Below, one piece after another: positions 1 to 10,288 of a stretch of DNA of 64,000 nt. The stretch spans positions 90,584,001 to 90,648,000 of the forward strand of contig CM052816.1 of NCBI GenBank assembly GCA_028534125.1, in the 5' to 3' direction. The stretch is from Lama glama. Taxonomy: Eukaryota. Under the pieces are notes generated by a model that did not search any database, was not told the origin of the DNA, and saw only the letters and a program-made list of their open reading frames with translations. Position 1 is the first letter of the stretch. Every line of letters starts with the position of its first letter. The translations under genes were made by a program, and so were the position numbers.

Positions 1-589
1 CTTGTAAGTAGAGCAGGGAAGCCCGGCAGTTTAAATGTAGCTTAAAAGCCATACAAGTCGTTCATGCTAAACCTGAACAGGATTAGTCACTGCCCTCCAG
101 CGTACTGCTCAACACTCAGGGCCCCTTGCCTGGCTCTCTCACAACAATGATAAATAAACAGATAAAACAAAACTATCTTCAGTGGTTTCACAACTGACAT
201 ACGTGGCATGTTTCTTTTAAGATCTTGGAATTCTCTCCTCTCCAGCCCTTCGTGATCAACTCTGTTTATTGTTTGTCTTCTAATGTATTTTATTCAAAAT
301 ATTTGTGACTTTTAATTAAATTCATCACAACCTCATTTTTATGGGGTATATCATACATAGTAAGTTTTTAGTTTCGATTCTTCTAAGATTTACTGACACC
401 GATGAGCTAATTTTTGAAACAGATAAGGTCGAGGCTCCTGCGTTATATGTCTGTCCAAATATATTCATGAAAACGCCCAATACATAAGGTCTGTCTGTCA
501 GTAATTACTGGGGAGGTGGGGGCGCGGGGCAGGGTGGTGGTGGTAAAAGAAAACCAGGAGTCTTCGTGACTTCATTTTAATTGTTTAAC

Positions 590-595
590 TTTATT
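590..595 (-). terminator. Polyadenylation signal AATAAA (ATTAAA close behind at 582..577)
   Basis: Minus strand reads acagtAATAAAgttaaacaATTAAAatgaag, followed by a U-rich element. Confidence 0.8.
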
Positions 596-1367
596 ACTGT
601 TGCACCATTTATACAATTACATATAATTTCAATGCATCCATTGTACTTTTTTTTTGTTTTTTTATTTTTATTTTTATTTTTTTTCCATTTTCCAATGAGT
701 GGTGTGTTGGTGTCTGTGACACGGAATGGAAGAGAAACTGGAACTGCAATGAACGCAGACTTTTTTTTTTTTTTTTCATTTCCACTGACCAATAAACAGA
801 ACTACAGGTGCACCCAACCACGGACATGCATTAACTCGTCATGAGAAAATCTAGGGAGGCTAAGTAGGATGAGAGAATGTTTGTTACTCCCAAAAATACC
901 TGGGGAGGAAGAATGGAGTCTTGGCCTTGAGATACATATGGACAGGCTAAGTGGGCTGTCTGAAAGTTGGCATTCATTCACGACATTAAAAAAATACCAA
1001 ACTAAGAAAGGCTGTAAATTAAAAAGAAAACACAGAAAATACTGCTCTCATAAAGATCTGATTGCCTTGGCACAGGCCCTGCGGGCAGAATCGAACACTC
1101 CGACTCCCCTTGCAGAAGGCAGGATGTTGGGATCTGAGTGGCAGAGTGCATGGAACAGCGGTTCAGGTACAAAAGGTGTACTTTACTTTCAGACATTGAG
1201 CTTGAAAATCCAGAACTGACTGGCAGAGTTGACTGAAGGTATATTAGATATTTCCCCACAAAAATACTATTTGGATTCTCCCCACCCCCTCCCTCCCTCG
1301 ATGGGACATCATCCTTTTTCTTGGGCAATACATCTCATTACTTCCAATTTGAAACAAGTTAGTATAG

Positions 1368-1406
1368 GAGAGAGAGAGACAGAGAGAGAGAGAGACAGAG
1401 AGACAG
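1368..1406. repeat. Interrupted (GA)n microsatellite ((CU)n in the mRNA 3' UTR)
   Basis: gagagagagagacagagagagagagagacagagagacag. Confidence 0.92.
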
Positions 1407-1449
1407 GTTGCTGTTAGACGGTATTCTTTTTTCCCATAGGCTGTCCGTG

Positions 1450-2121
1450 TTACTCTTTGACTGCTACGGTTTGATCCGAATTAGCTGCCGGCGCCTCGGC
1501 CGGTTTGACCTCGTCTGCGGGGGCCTGGGCCTTGGGCGTGGAACTGGGTGCTTCCGTGGCTGCGGGGGTCTCCTTGGAGGATGGGGCAGCCTCAGTGCTG
1601 CTGGGTTTTGAGTCTGAAGCTGGGGCCCCGTCACTTTTCGTCTCCTGCGCGGCAGGAGCGGCGGGAGCCTCAGTCTTTGTGGGTTCCCCTCCCTCCTTGC
1701 CCTTGTCATCCTTGGCGGGGGCGGCGGGCTCCTCGGCCTCCGAAGCCTTGGGGGCGTCGCCGCCCGCAGCGGGGCCCGAGGCGGCCGCCGGCTCCTGCTC
1801 GGCATCCTTCGGGGGCTCCGGCTTCCCCTCGCCTCCCTCCGTCTGCTCGGGCTCTGCCTTCGGGGCGTCTTCCTTGGCTGCCTCTGTGTCTTTCTCGCCT
1901 TCTTTGTCTTCGGGCTTGGAGGCCGCGTCCTGGGCGTCCTTCTCGGGCTTCTCGTCCTTGCCCTCCTTCACCTCCGGGGTCTCCGCCGCCGCCTGGGTCT
2001 CGTTCTCCTTGGGGGTTCCCTCCTCTTCTGTCCCGGCTCCTTCGGCCTTCTTGTCCTTGTCCTTGGCCTTCTCATCATTCACATTGTACCCCTTCTTCTT
2101 CTTGCTCAGTTTGCCTCCCAT
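1450..2121 (-). CDS. BASP1: Brain abundant membrane attached signal protein 1 (NAP-22/CAP-23), 223 aa, entire CDS in exon 2
   Basis: Translation MGGKLSKKKKGYNVNDEKAKDKDKKAEG...APAANSDQTVAVKE has the characteristic BASP1 N-terminus (Gly2 myristoylation motif, KKKK basic cluster), an acidic Ala/Glu/Pro/Lys-rich body and the conserved C-terminus. Strong Kozak context gagATGg. TAA at 1452..1450. The first 30 aa of the track ORF 1450..2211 are intron/UTR. Confidence 0.98.
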   Translation of the reverse strand: MGGKLSKKKKGYNVNDEKAKDKDKKAEGAGTEEEGTPKENETQAAAETPEVKEGKDEKPEKDAQDAASKPEDKEGEKDTEAAKEDAPKAEPEQTEGGEGKPEPPKDAEQEPAAASGPAAGGDAPKASEAEEPAAPAKDDKGKEGGEPTKTEAPAAPAAQETKSDGAPASDSKPSSTEAAPSSKETPAATEAPSSTPKAQAPADEVKPAEAPAANSDQTVAVKE

Positions 2122-2320
2122 CTCGGAGTTCTGTAACACAACGGGACACAACACACAACGAGAAAAGTTACTTGTGGTCCGGACGGAATGTGCGCGTCCT
2201 CCTAAGCCCATAGGTGTGATGGCAGGAGGAGGTGGGCCTTGGGGAGGTCACCAGGCCAGCAGGTGGAGCCCCGGCTGATGGGCTAAGTGCCCTCCCAGAA
2301 AAGACCGCACCGCTCAGCTC
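1480..2320. promoter_or_regulatory. CpG-rich segment over the coding exon
   Basis: Dense CpG throughout the CDS and the adjacent intron end. Confidence 0.6.
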
Positions 2321-5300
2321 CCTGGTCCCCTTCCCACATAAGGACGCAGCCAGGACCCAGCCGTCCACGACCACAAAGCAGGTCCCCACCAGACACCAGA
2401 TCTGCCTGCACTTCAGTCTAGGACGTTCCATCCTGCAGAACTGGGAGAAAGCAATTTCTGTTGTTTATAAGCACTCGGTCGGTGGTAATCTGTTACAGCG
2501 CCCCAACGGACAAAGATGTCTACGGAGTATAAAAACTGAAGAGGCTTCCGTTTACAAAGTGAAGAGTTCAGGAAGGATGCTCCTGAACTGTACACTTGAA
2601 AATGGTTAACATGGGAAGTCTTAGGCTACATGTACTTTGCCACAATTAAACATAAAAAAAAAAAGTGTATCATAAAGTCACTCAGTTATAAAAGGTCTAA
2701 TCACAGCCAGCAGAGGACCTATTAAGCTGAGACCAAAGAATCAGTAATTAAAAAGAGTAAGCTTGTCACTCACAAACATCAGAGCAGTATTTGTTTTTTC
2801 TGCTTTCCAATGTCCAACTCAAGCCCCAAATGTTGAGCACTTGTGCACAAGATGACAGGCACAGCCATTTTAAGTCTATATTGTAGTGAGTAAAAGACTT
2901 CATAATTTTAAAATACTTTCCAGAGAAATGGCCCAGCTGGAAAATCACACAAATCACAAATTTGAAGAAAACAATCTCACACTTCAAACTCCATTATTCA
3001 AATATGTTCATATATGCACACATGCCTCCAAAGACCAAAAGCAAAGAGGATTTGGTCTATCTCATTGTTAAGTAGGACCAGTTAAAGGAAACTATCACCC
3101 AAGAAATGAAAAGCATGGTGTTGCCAATTACATTTAGTTTGTTAGTTATGTCCAACTTCTGTTCATTGCTTTCAAGGTATTTTGGGATTTTAAAAAATAG
3201 CTCCATGGTAATTAAAAACATCTTTCATTATCACTTTCCTGATGAGAACTGAAACGAGATACACAACTTCAATGGTCATTAACAGCCTTTTTCACTCAAA
3301 GTCTCCAACTTCCTAGAGGCTGACAATAAGTCTGGTATAAAAACCCGTGAATGTATTTGAATCTTGAATTGCTCTCCCCTGGCACCGAAGCATTAATCCA
3401 AATCAATCAATTATAAATTTATAAATAACAAATTCAGCACAGAACTGTTGCCGGAGCTAAACAAGCACTGCATTTCTTTTTCTTCAAGTGCATTTTTATG
3501 GCATCAGGTATCAGTGAGAAACTATTGAAATGTTGCTCTTAAGAGGAAAATCGGTTGCCTTTCCTTGATGAAGCATATGACAGAAATCACATGCCAGTAT
3601 CCTCTTCAGTCTCCACAAATAAGAAGTCCAGCGGAAGGAAAGAGAGCGCCTTGCCCTGTGCCCCAAGTGTACAGGTATACATATGAGACCTCCTGGTTCC
3701 ATTTCAGGTCAGGGCTGCCTCCAGGCAAAATTATAATGTATTTTTTAACCAGTATTTTTTTTTCTTAGGTATAATCCATTTAAAACAGAAAATTTGCTGC
3801 TTATTCATTCCATTCCTTGGAATCACGATTCATGACAGTGAATAACCTACATTTATCTCATTTAAAAGCCAGGTGTTGGTTAGCAAAGTGCTATTCGTCA
3901 GTCAAAATCTGTCTCACCACTCTGCATGTGAATTTCCCATCTGCAGTAACTTGAATTGTTGGGGAAGAATAAAAGCAATACATCAAAAGGTGACTAAAAT
4001 ACAGTTCTAATTCTCAAGGAAAGCCTTTATTATGTTACCAAAGAAAGAATTTCTCTTACATGTATCTTTTAAAAAACGGAGTGGCTTTTGGTCATAACCC
4101 ACTTTGGATGTCCAGTGAGCTGTGTGACTTAATTTTTGGTTATTCTCTCTCAGAAGTGGGAACAAACATAAATGGTAAAAATACAATTAAATGTACTTTT
4201 ATCCCATAAGCAGTCACAAAGCAATAAGTAAAAATATGAATACACTGGAGCAGAAGTTTAAATGATAGTTTACAACTCTTTCACTGAATTCTGAATTACC
4301 CAGCATGCACGAATGGTGCATGTCAAAGTAACAGCTCTGATAGTTGAAGATATTTTGGTGCATCAAGTTAGAGCTCTGACAGGTCTGCCTTTAGGATCTT
4401 CTCCCAATTCTATAATAGAAACCCATATACCAACTTAGAAACTACAAAAGAGAAGACAAACTATAAATGTAGTGTGCATATGAACTTAACACGAGTGCCC
4501 CTTTCTGACCCCACACAGCATGAAATTCTATACAGCTATCCCCAGAGGCTTAAAGTCATGTTGGTTTACAAACCTAAAATCTACATTACTAAAATTGGTT
4601 TTCTGAAACACAGTTAGGGCCACTTCCTATCTTTGTTTTAAGTCCAGTTGCGATTCGTCTCTGGGTAGGAAATAAATCTACAGAATCAAATTCTAAAAAA
4701 GTGTCTCTCCATTCCTGTTTGTTTTTTGAACACAAAGTTAATAAACACAGCTACTTTTTGCTAATTTTCTTCTGTTAGATATAGTGAGATATCAGAGGGA
4801 AGCTTAAAGAATCCAGCAGAACTTTGGTAATCCGGTTATTTCCCAAGACATTCTGAGTGAAAACCTTGCCTTACAACTAGGGGGTAAATTAAAATTACAA
4901 CTTAAAATCTATTAACTGTTTCCTGGGGTCCAGCACAACCCTAATCCCAAACACGTTACTAAGCCATTTTATTTAATCTTCTCAACAGTACCATGAGGTA
5001 GTAAGTATGTCATGAGCATCCTCCTTTTTGCCCATATGGAAATTCTAACTAGCTGGGCCAGTACCACAGGCAAAAGGCCAAGTCCATCTGACAAAACTAG
5101 GTAAGGCAGGAAGGCCCCAGCCAGGGGGGGTCAAAGGGAATTCCACCAAGAAGCCAGCAAATAGGCAGAGCTCTCCTCTCAAGAATGGTACTCACTCTGG
5201 GTCACACAGTTGGTGCAGATCTGGGGTGACTCAAAACTCAAGATGTGGACAAGATAAGGATGAAATTCAGAATTTCAGGTACCCTCCGCCCCTAAACGTT

Positions 5301-5366
5301 TCATCAGCCCATTTGCCAGAAGAGCTTTGTATCAAGATCCTTAAGAAGTAAGGAGAGTGCTGGGCG

Positions 5367-5369
5367 TAT

Positions 5370-5404
<35 letters not shown>
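5367..5404. repeat. (TATT)n microsatellite
   Basis: About 9 perfect TATT units. Confidence 0.95.
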
Positions 5405-5405
<1 letters not shown>

Positions 5406-5788
5406 TTATATTAATATTTATAAACTAATATTTATTAGTTTAATTATACCACTTATTTGTATTACTTTTAATTTTGAAAGAAATCAGTTGGTGTAGAAAG
5501 TCAGAAGTTGAAACTTCTAAGTTAAAAAAAAATAATAAAGCAGTTAAACAAACACACACATACAGCAACTAGTCATCCATGCTGGAAGGTACTTAAACCC
5601 AAATCGAAGAAGCTACAATGAAAGGGCCAAGACTACCTCTGCATTTCTCCACATTTGGGACATTCACCAGCCATTGAGAGGCACAGCAAGAAAACTCAGA
5701 CTCAGGCTGATGCACGGAACTAAGCTCTATGTGTTGATATGATAATCAAACACTAAAGTTGATTTATTAGTTAAAACATCTCAAAGGA

Positions 5789-6415
5789 GTGGGATATACA
5801 GAGGGAACCTTTATTCAAAAAAGACACTTGCACCCTAATGTTCCTAGCAGCACTGTATACAATAGCCAAGATATGCAAACAACCTAAATGTCCACTGGTG
5901 ACTGGATAAAGAAGCTGTAGTATATTTATACAATGGAATACTACTCAGCCATAAAAAATAAAATAATGCCATTTGCAGCAACATGGATGGATCTGGAGAC
6001 TGTCATTCTAAATGAGATGAGTCAGAAAGAAAAATACCATATGATATCACTTATATGTGGAATCTTAAAAAAAAGGACAAACAAATTTATTTACAAAACA
6101 GAAACAGACTTACAGACATAGAAAACAAACTTACTGTTAGCAGTGGGGAAGAGGGTGGGAAGGGATAAATTGGGAGTTTGAGATTTGCAGACACTAACTA
6201 ATATATATATATAAAGTAGATACATAAGTTTCTACTGTATAGCACAGGGAACTATATCCAATATCTTGTAATAACTTATGGTGAAAAAGAATATGAAAAC
6301 AAATACACATATATTCCTATATGACTGAAGCATTGTGCTGTACACTAGAAATTGACACAACATTGTAAACTGACTATACTTCGATAAAAATATATATAAA
6401 CACACACTCACACAC
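5789..6415 (+). mobile_element. 5'-truncated LINE-1 (ORF2 C-terminus remnant plus 3' UTR) with 13-bp TSD
   Basis: Translation MEYYSAIKNKIMPFAATWMDLETVILNEMSQKEKYHMISLICG is typical of the L1 ORF2 end. TSD ACATCTCAAAGGA at 5776-5788 and 6416-6428. Confidence 0.93.
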
Positions 6416-6644
6416 ACATCTCAAAGGAAAGCAAAGTCAGGAGTTGTCCTTTCAAATTACAAGAGAATTCTATGTTACAAGGGCCAACACTATAGACTGA
6501 TGGCTTCAAGTTGGCATAGGAAACAACTAATGACCAACAGCAACAGAGAAAGAGGAGCTTCACTGAGTTTAACCTGGCAAATGTTGAACAGGAATTATTT
6601 CACAGAGATGCCGCACACTGCATCATGGAAGACTGGTGAGATGT

Positions 6645-6810
6645 TGTTCTGAGTTCCATCTCCACGGCTCACCTGCCCTGAACCCTTGGGCAAGTTACTT
6701 AACTTCATTGTCCTTTCATTTCCTGTCCAATAAGAAATGTCAATCTTAGGAAAATTTAACATGAGGCATCAGTACAACGTCTTGCATTTCATGGGCCTGC
6801 AATAAATGTT
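6645..6810 (+). mobile_element. MIR
   Basis: ccttgggcaagttacttaac core. Confidence 0.6.
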
Positions 6811-6960
6811 GGTTCCTTTCCCCACCATTAAATTTTGCAATTCTTAGATAGTTCTGTGCTTGCAAACCCCAAGAGGCCAGGAGAACAAAGGTTCCACACA
6901 CAAGTTCTAGAATCAGGAATTAGAAGCCCTGGAATTCAGATATTTTAAAAATATTTTCAA

Positions 6961-7132
6961 GGGGGAGGGTATATATAGCTCAAGTGGTAGAGCACATGCT
7001 TAGAATGCATGAGGTCCCAGGTTCAATTCCCCAGTACCTTCACTGAAAAAATAGTAATAATAGAAACAAACAAATAAATAAATAAACCTAATTACCTCCC
7101 CCCAAAATAAAAAATTTAAGAAATTTAAATTT
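6961..7132 (+). mobile_element. tRNA-Ala-derived SINE (Vic-1-like)
   Basis: A box (tagctcaagtgg), B box (ggttcaattcc), aaataaacctaattacctcccc tail. TSD AAAAATATTTTCAAG at 6947-6961 and 7133-7147. Confidence 0.9.
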
Positions 7133-7716
7133 AAAAATATTTTCAAGTGTCATCAAGGAGATTTTCAGGGGGTGTGTTCCATGCATGTTCCTGCAGACTG
7201 GGTACGTGTGGAAAAGAAGTTTGTACGGTTATCTGCTGTTGCCACATCATCACCATACTGCTTATATTAAAATTAAGTTATAAGATATAAACAGTCTATT
7301 ATACCAAGAAATCATTTTCCAGATAGAAGTAAAACTTATAGATTAGTCATCAAACCTCCTTCCTCCCAATCTGAGGTGATGCTAGAGTGATCATAAAAGA
7401 AATATCATTTCATCGTTTCACTACCTCTTCATCACCTGGTTCAAGGAAACGAGAGGAAAAAAAATCTCTTCAGTCATCAGGATGAAAAGAGGATCCAAAT
7501 TCTTCGGTGAAAACTCTCTTACTGACATATACATGTGAAAGGCAAAACACTTTGAGCTACACCTTACCTTTGTTAAGAAGCTAAACATAAGACGTTTAGG
7601 AGGAAAGGTAGCAGTCAAATGCCACCCCCTATTTTTTTTTTCCACAGATCAAAATTTTCTTTATTATAAAGTACCAAAGCATTTCATATTTTTAAGGTAC
7701 TAACAAACAGTGTTTT

Positions 7717-7888
7717 GTTTTGGGGTTTTTTTTTCCTTTTTTCTTTTTGGTTTGGTTGGTTTTCTTGGAGGGAGAAGTAATTAGGTTTATTTACTTATTT
7801 ATTTTTTTAATGGGGGTACTGGGGATTGAACCCAGGGCCTCATGCATGCTAGGCATGCACTCTACCCACTGAGCTATACCCTCCCCCC
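7717..7888 (-). mobile_element. tRNA-Ala-derived SINE (Vic-1-like)
   Basis: Reverse complement gggagggtatagctcagtgggtagag...gggttcaatccccagtacc. TSD aacag(t/a)gtttt at 7706-7716 and 7889-7899. Confidence 0.9.
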
Positions 7889-9208
7889 AACAGAGTTTTA
7901 AACCTCCCACAGCTGTCTTGTGACTCATTTCCCCATCTTACAAAAACCGAGCCTCGCTCTAGTTAACTAATCCCACTTGGCTATAAACAAATAGTCCAGA
8001 AGACTTAAAGTTCTGCTTTTGAGTGAAGAGAGGAAAGTGACAATCTAGCACTGGTAGGTGATCAGAGCCACCACGGATGGGATGTGGGAAAACAGGAGAG
8101 AAGCTGTGAAAGTTAGCGGGTCAGTGGTGGTGGTCCAGCCAGCCATTTGCTGGCACATCCATCAGGGACTCAGAAGGAGGCGGCATCCAGGTGACTGATC
8201 CACCCACCACCTCTTGAGACCGACTGCATAGCATCGTTGTTAGCTTATGTGACACATTCATTTCTGACACTTCTTTTTGTTTATTGGCAGCGGATGACTT
8301 TTGCTAATGACGGTCTATATTTAAGAACTTTCACAAAACCTCTAATGGTGTGTTTCTCTAATGTCTTCAAGGCACGTAACAGAGGAACTTCCTAGCTGGG
8401 TAGGCTAAGTAAGGTGAGGATTCTTTTGTCTTCAGAAATAAGTACATGAAATAAAGTAATATATGGCCTAAATACTAGGTTTTAATTCCTTCCCCAAAGC
8501 AAGTATTTGGAGGATTTTGTTGAGTCTTGGAGCTAACACAGATTTCTTTTCTTGTAAAAGGAAATTCTGTTTACAAGCTAATGTTCAACCACCAAATTGA
8601 CTACTAATATATACCTATAAAGGAAAAAGAAAAATTTGATCCTATATATTGCCACTATAGCAAACCTGAAAAAAAATTCTTTGGGGGATTAAGGACAAGA
8701 AATAATTTGAAATGCTTTTTTGTAACAAAGATAGTCTAGCTGTTTCAATTCTTTGTTCCTATGGCTGCAGGAAGCCTGCCAGTGACGCCAGAAGGTGTTC
8801 TTTAGCCATTCAAATCATTTAAGATGTGTTTATTCTGTACACACGATCCCAGGACACACTGGGCAGAACCACTTCTGCATAAACTGAATTATCATGGGAT
8901 TTCATTAAACAACCACAATTCTTCAAATTCTAAGATGATCGACTCATCCAGAACTTGCCTAATAGGCTCTTATCTGTTTTTCCTGACCTTAATATAAACC
9001 AATCTAACCAGCATAGCCTACTGAATTGAAATTTTGAGAAAATAAAGGTAGACAAGCAAAGGGCAAAATGTCATTTAGGAAAAAATTAAATTATCAATCT
9101 TTTCTTTAAGGCTCATGTCAAAAACAAGCCACCCAGCACTCACTTAGTATGACGTTTGCTAAAAATAGCAAACACACTGCATGCTGGTCCCAGCTGTTAA
9201 TAATTTTT

Positions 9209-9339
9209 TTTAATAAAAAAATGGGGATTAGGTATATTTATTTTTATTTATTTATTTTTTAACAGAAGTACCAGCGATTGAACCCACGACCTTGTGCATG
9301 CTAAACATACTCTACCACTGAGCTATACCCTCCCACCCC
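9209..9339 (-). mobile_element. tRNA-Ala-derived SINE (Vic-1-like)
   Basis: Same head and A-rich tail on the minus strand; aataattt on both flanks. Confidence 0.87.
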
Positions 9340-9570
9340 AATAATTTGTTATAAAATTCTGAGCAAGTCACCTCCTGCTCTGGGTCTCAAATTTCCCTTT
9401 CAGTAAAAGATACTTGAAGTTTATTCCCCTCCTGAAAAAAAAATTACATACACATACATGTGTGTGTATATATATATACACACATACATATATAGATGGA
9501 TAGATATATTTTATGGGTCCTTCTTGGCACTAAACAAAAGGGGTATGTGAGAAAAATGTCCTATGATCAA

Positions 9571-9625
9571 TGCTATGGTCTGAGTGTGTCTCTTTAAAAT
9601 TCATGCTGAAACTTAACCCCCAAGA
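9571..9625 (+). mobile_element. MaLR LTR 5' fragment
   Basis: tgctatggtctgagtgtgtc...aaaattcatgctgaaacttaacccccaa. Confidence 0.6.
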
Positions 9626-10215
9626 TTTACCTTTTCCCACCCTGCATCACGTGAGAACCATTTAAATATATAAATTCAATATTTAGTAATCTAAAACTAA
9701 TTAGTCTGTTTCCTATAGATAAAAACCACTTATAAAACATAAACTGGCACAACAGAGGAATGATTTTCTTGCCACACCATCTACCACCTCATCCAGAACT
9801 AGTTGACATTGGGAACAGTGTTTGCAAACCCTTTAGGAACACATATTCGGTGCAAATGGAAGACTCGCCTTTCTAAGGCAAGACTGTGCTGTTTCATAGG
9901 ACATTAACACCAAGCACTTAGCCATGTGTGGCCTCCCGACAAAGTATATTTTGTCTGTCAGAAACCAGCTTTCACCCACTTGCTACTGGTGAGAAAAATT
10001 ATCTTAGTAGTGGCTAGACTCCTTCCTCAATAAATCTTAAAATTCTCAAATTCTCAAATTCCTGACTATGGACTCCTCCCTCACCCAAAGGTCTCAAAGG
10101 AAGTTTAAAATATATGGGGCAGTTTCATTTATATCTAGATTAATCTGCTTATGCAAAAAATATGATAAACTATCTTGAATTTTATGAAGAAAGTGGATTA
10201 AATTCCTGAGTCAGA

Positions 10216-10288
10216 ATAAATGTTACCATGATTAATAAATCTTGATAAATGTTACCATGGTTAATAATGTACCAATGTTACAATGATT
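10216..10288. repeat. Degenerate tandem repeat, period about 29 bp
   Basis: ataaatgttaccatg(a/g)ttaataa at 10216 and 10245; partial third copy at 10274. Confidence 0.85.

Larger units (their letters stand above)
572..1449 (-). other. BASP1: BASP1 3' UTR (exon 2); 3' end approximate
   Basis: Follows the stop codon. AATAAA at 595..590 is followed by a U/GU-rich downstream tract (ctggttttcttttacc on the minus strand). Cleavage site inferred about 15-20 nt after the signal. Confidence 0.8.

Noticed and set aside
720..726. Possible miR-191 site in the 3' UTR (UUCCGUG)
   Set aside because: Does not fully match the seed complement UUCCGUU and I cannot confirm orthology to any reported site
2122..2211. 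30-aa N-terminal extension (MGLGGRAHSV...) in the ORF track
   Set aside because: Runs through the pyrimidine-rich tract and AG acceptor at 2131-2132, so it is intronic; BASP1 starts at MGGKLS
1464..2278. Antisense and alternate-frame ORFs (257, 221 and 113 aa) over BASP1
   Set aside because: Shadow ORFs caused by the GC-rich, biased codon usage of the real CDS; no recognisable domain
5933..6121. 62-aa ORF MEYYSAIK...
   Set aside because: Remnant of L1 ORF2, not a host gene
10216..10288. Spaced direct repeats resembling a CRISPR-like array
   Set aside because: Only 2-3 degenerate AT-rich copies with about 6-nt gaps in mammalian DNA; an ordinary tandem duplication
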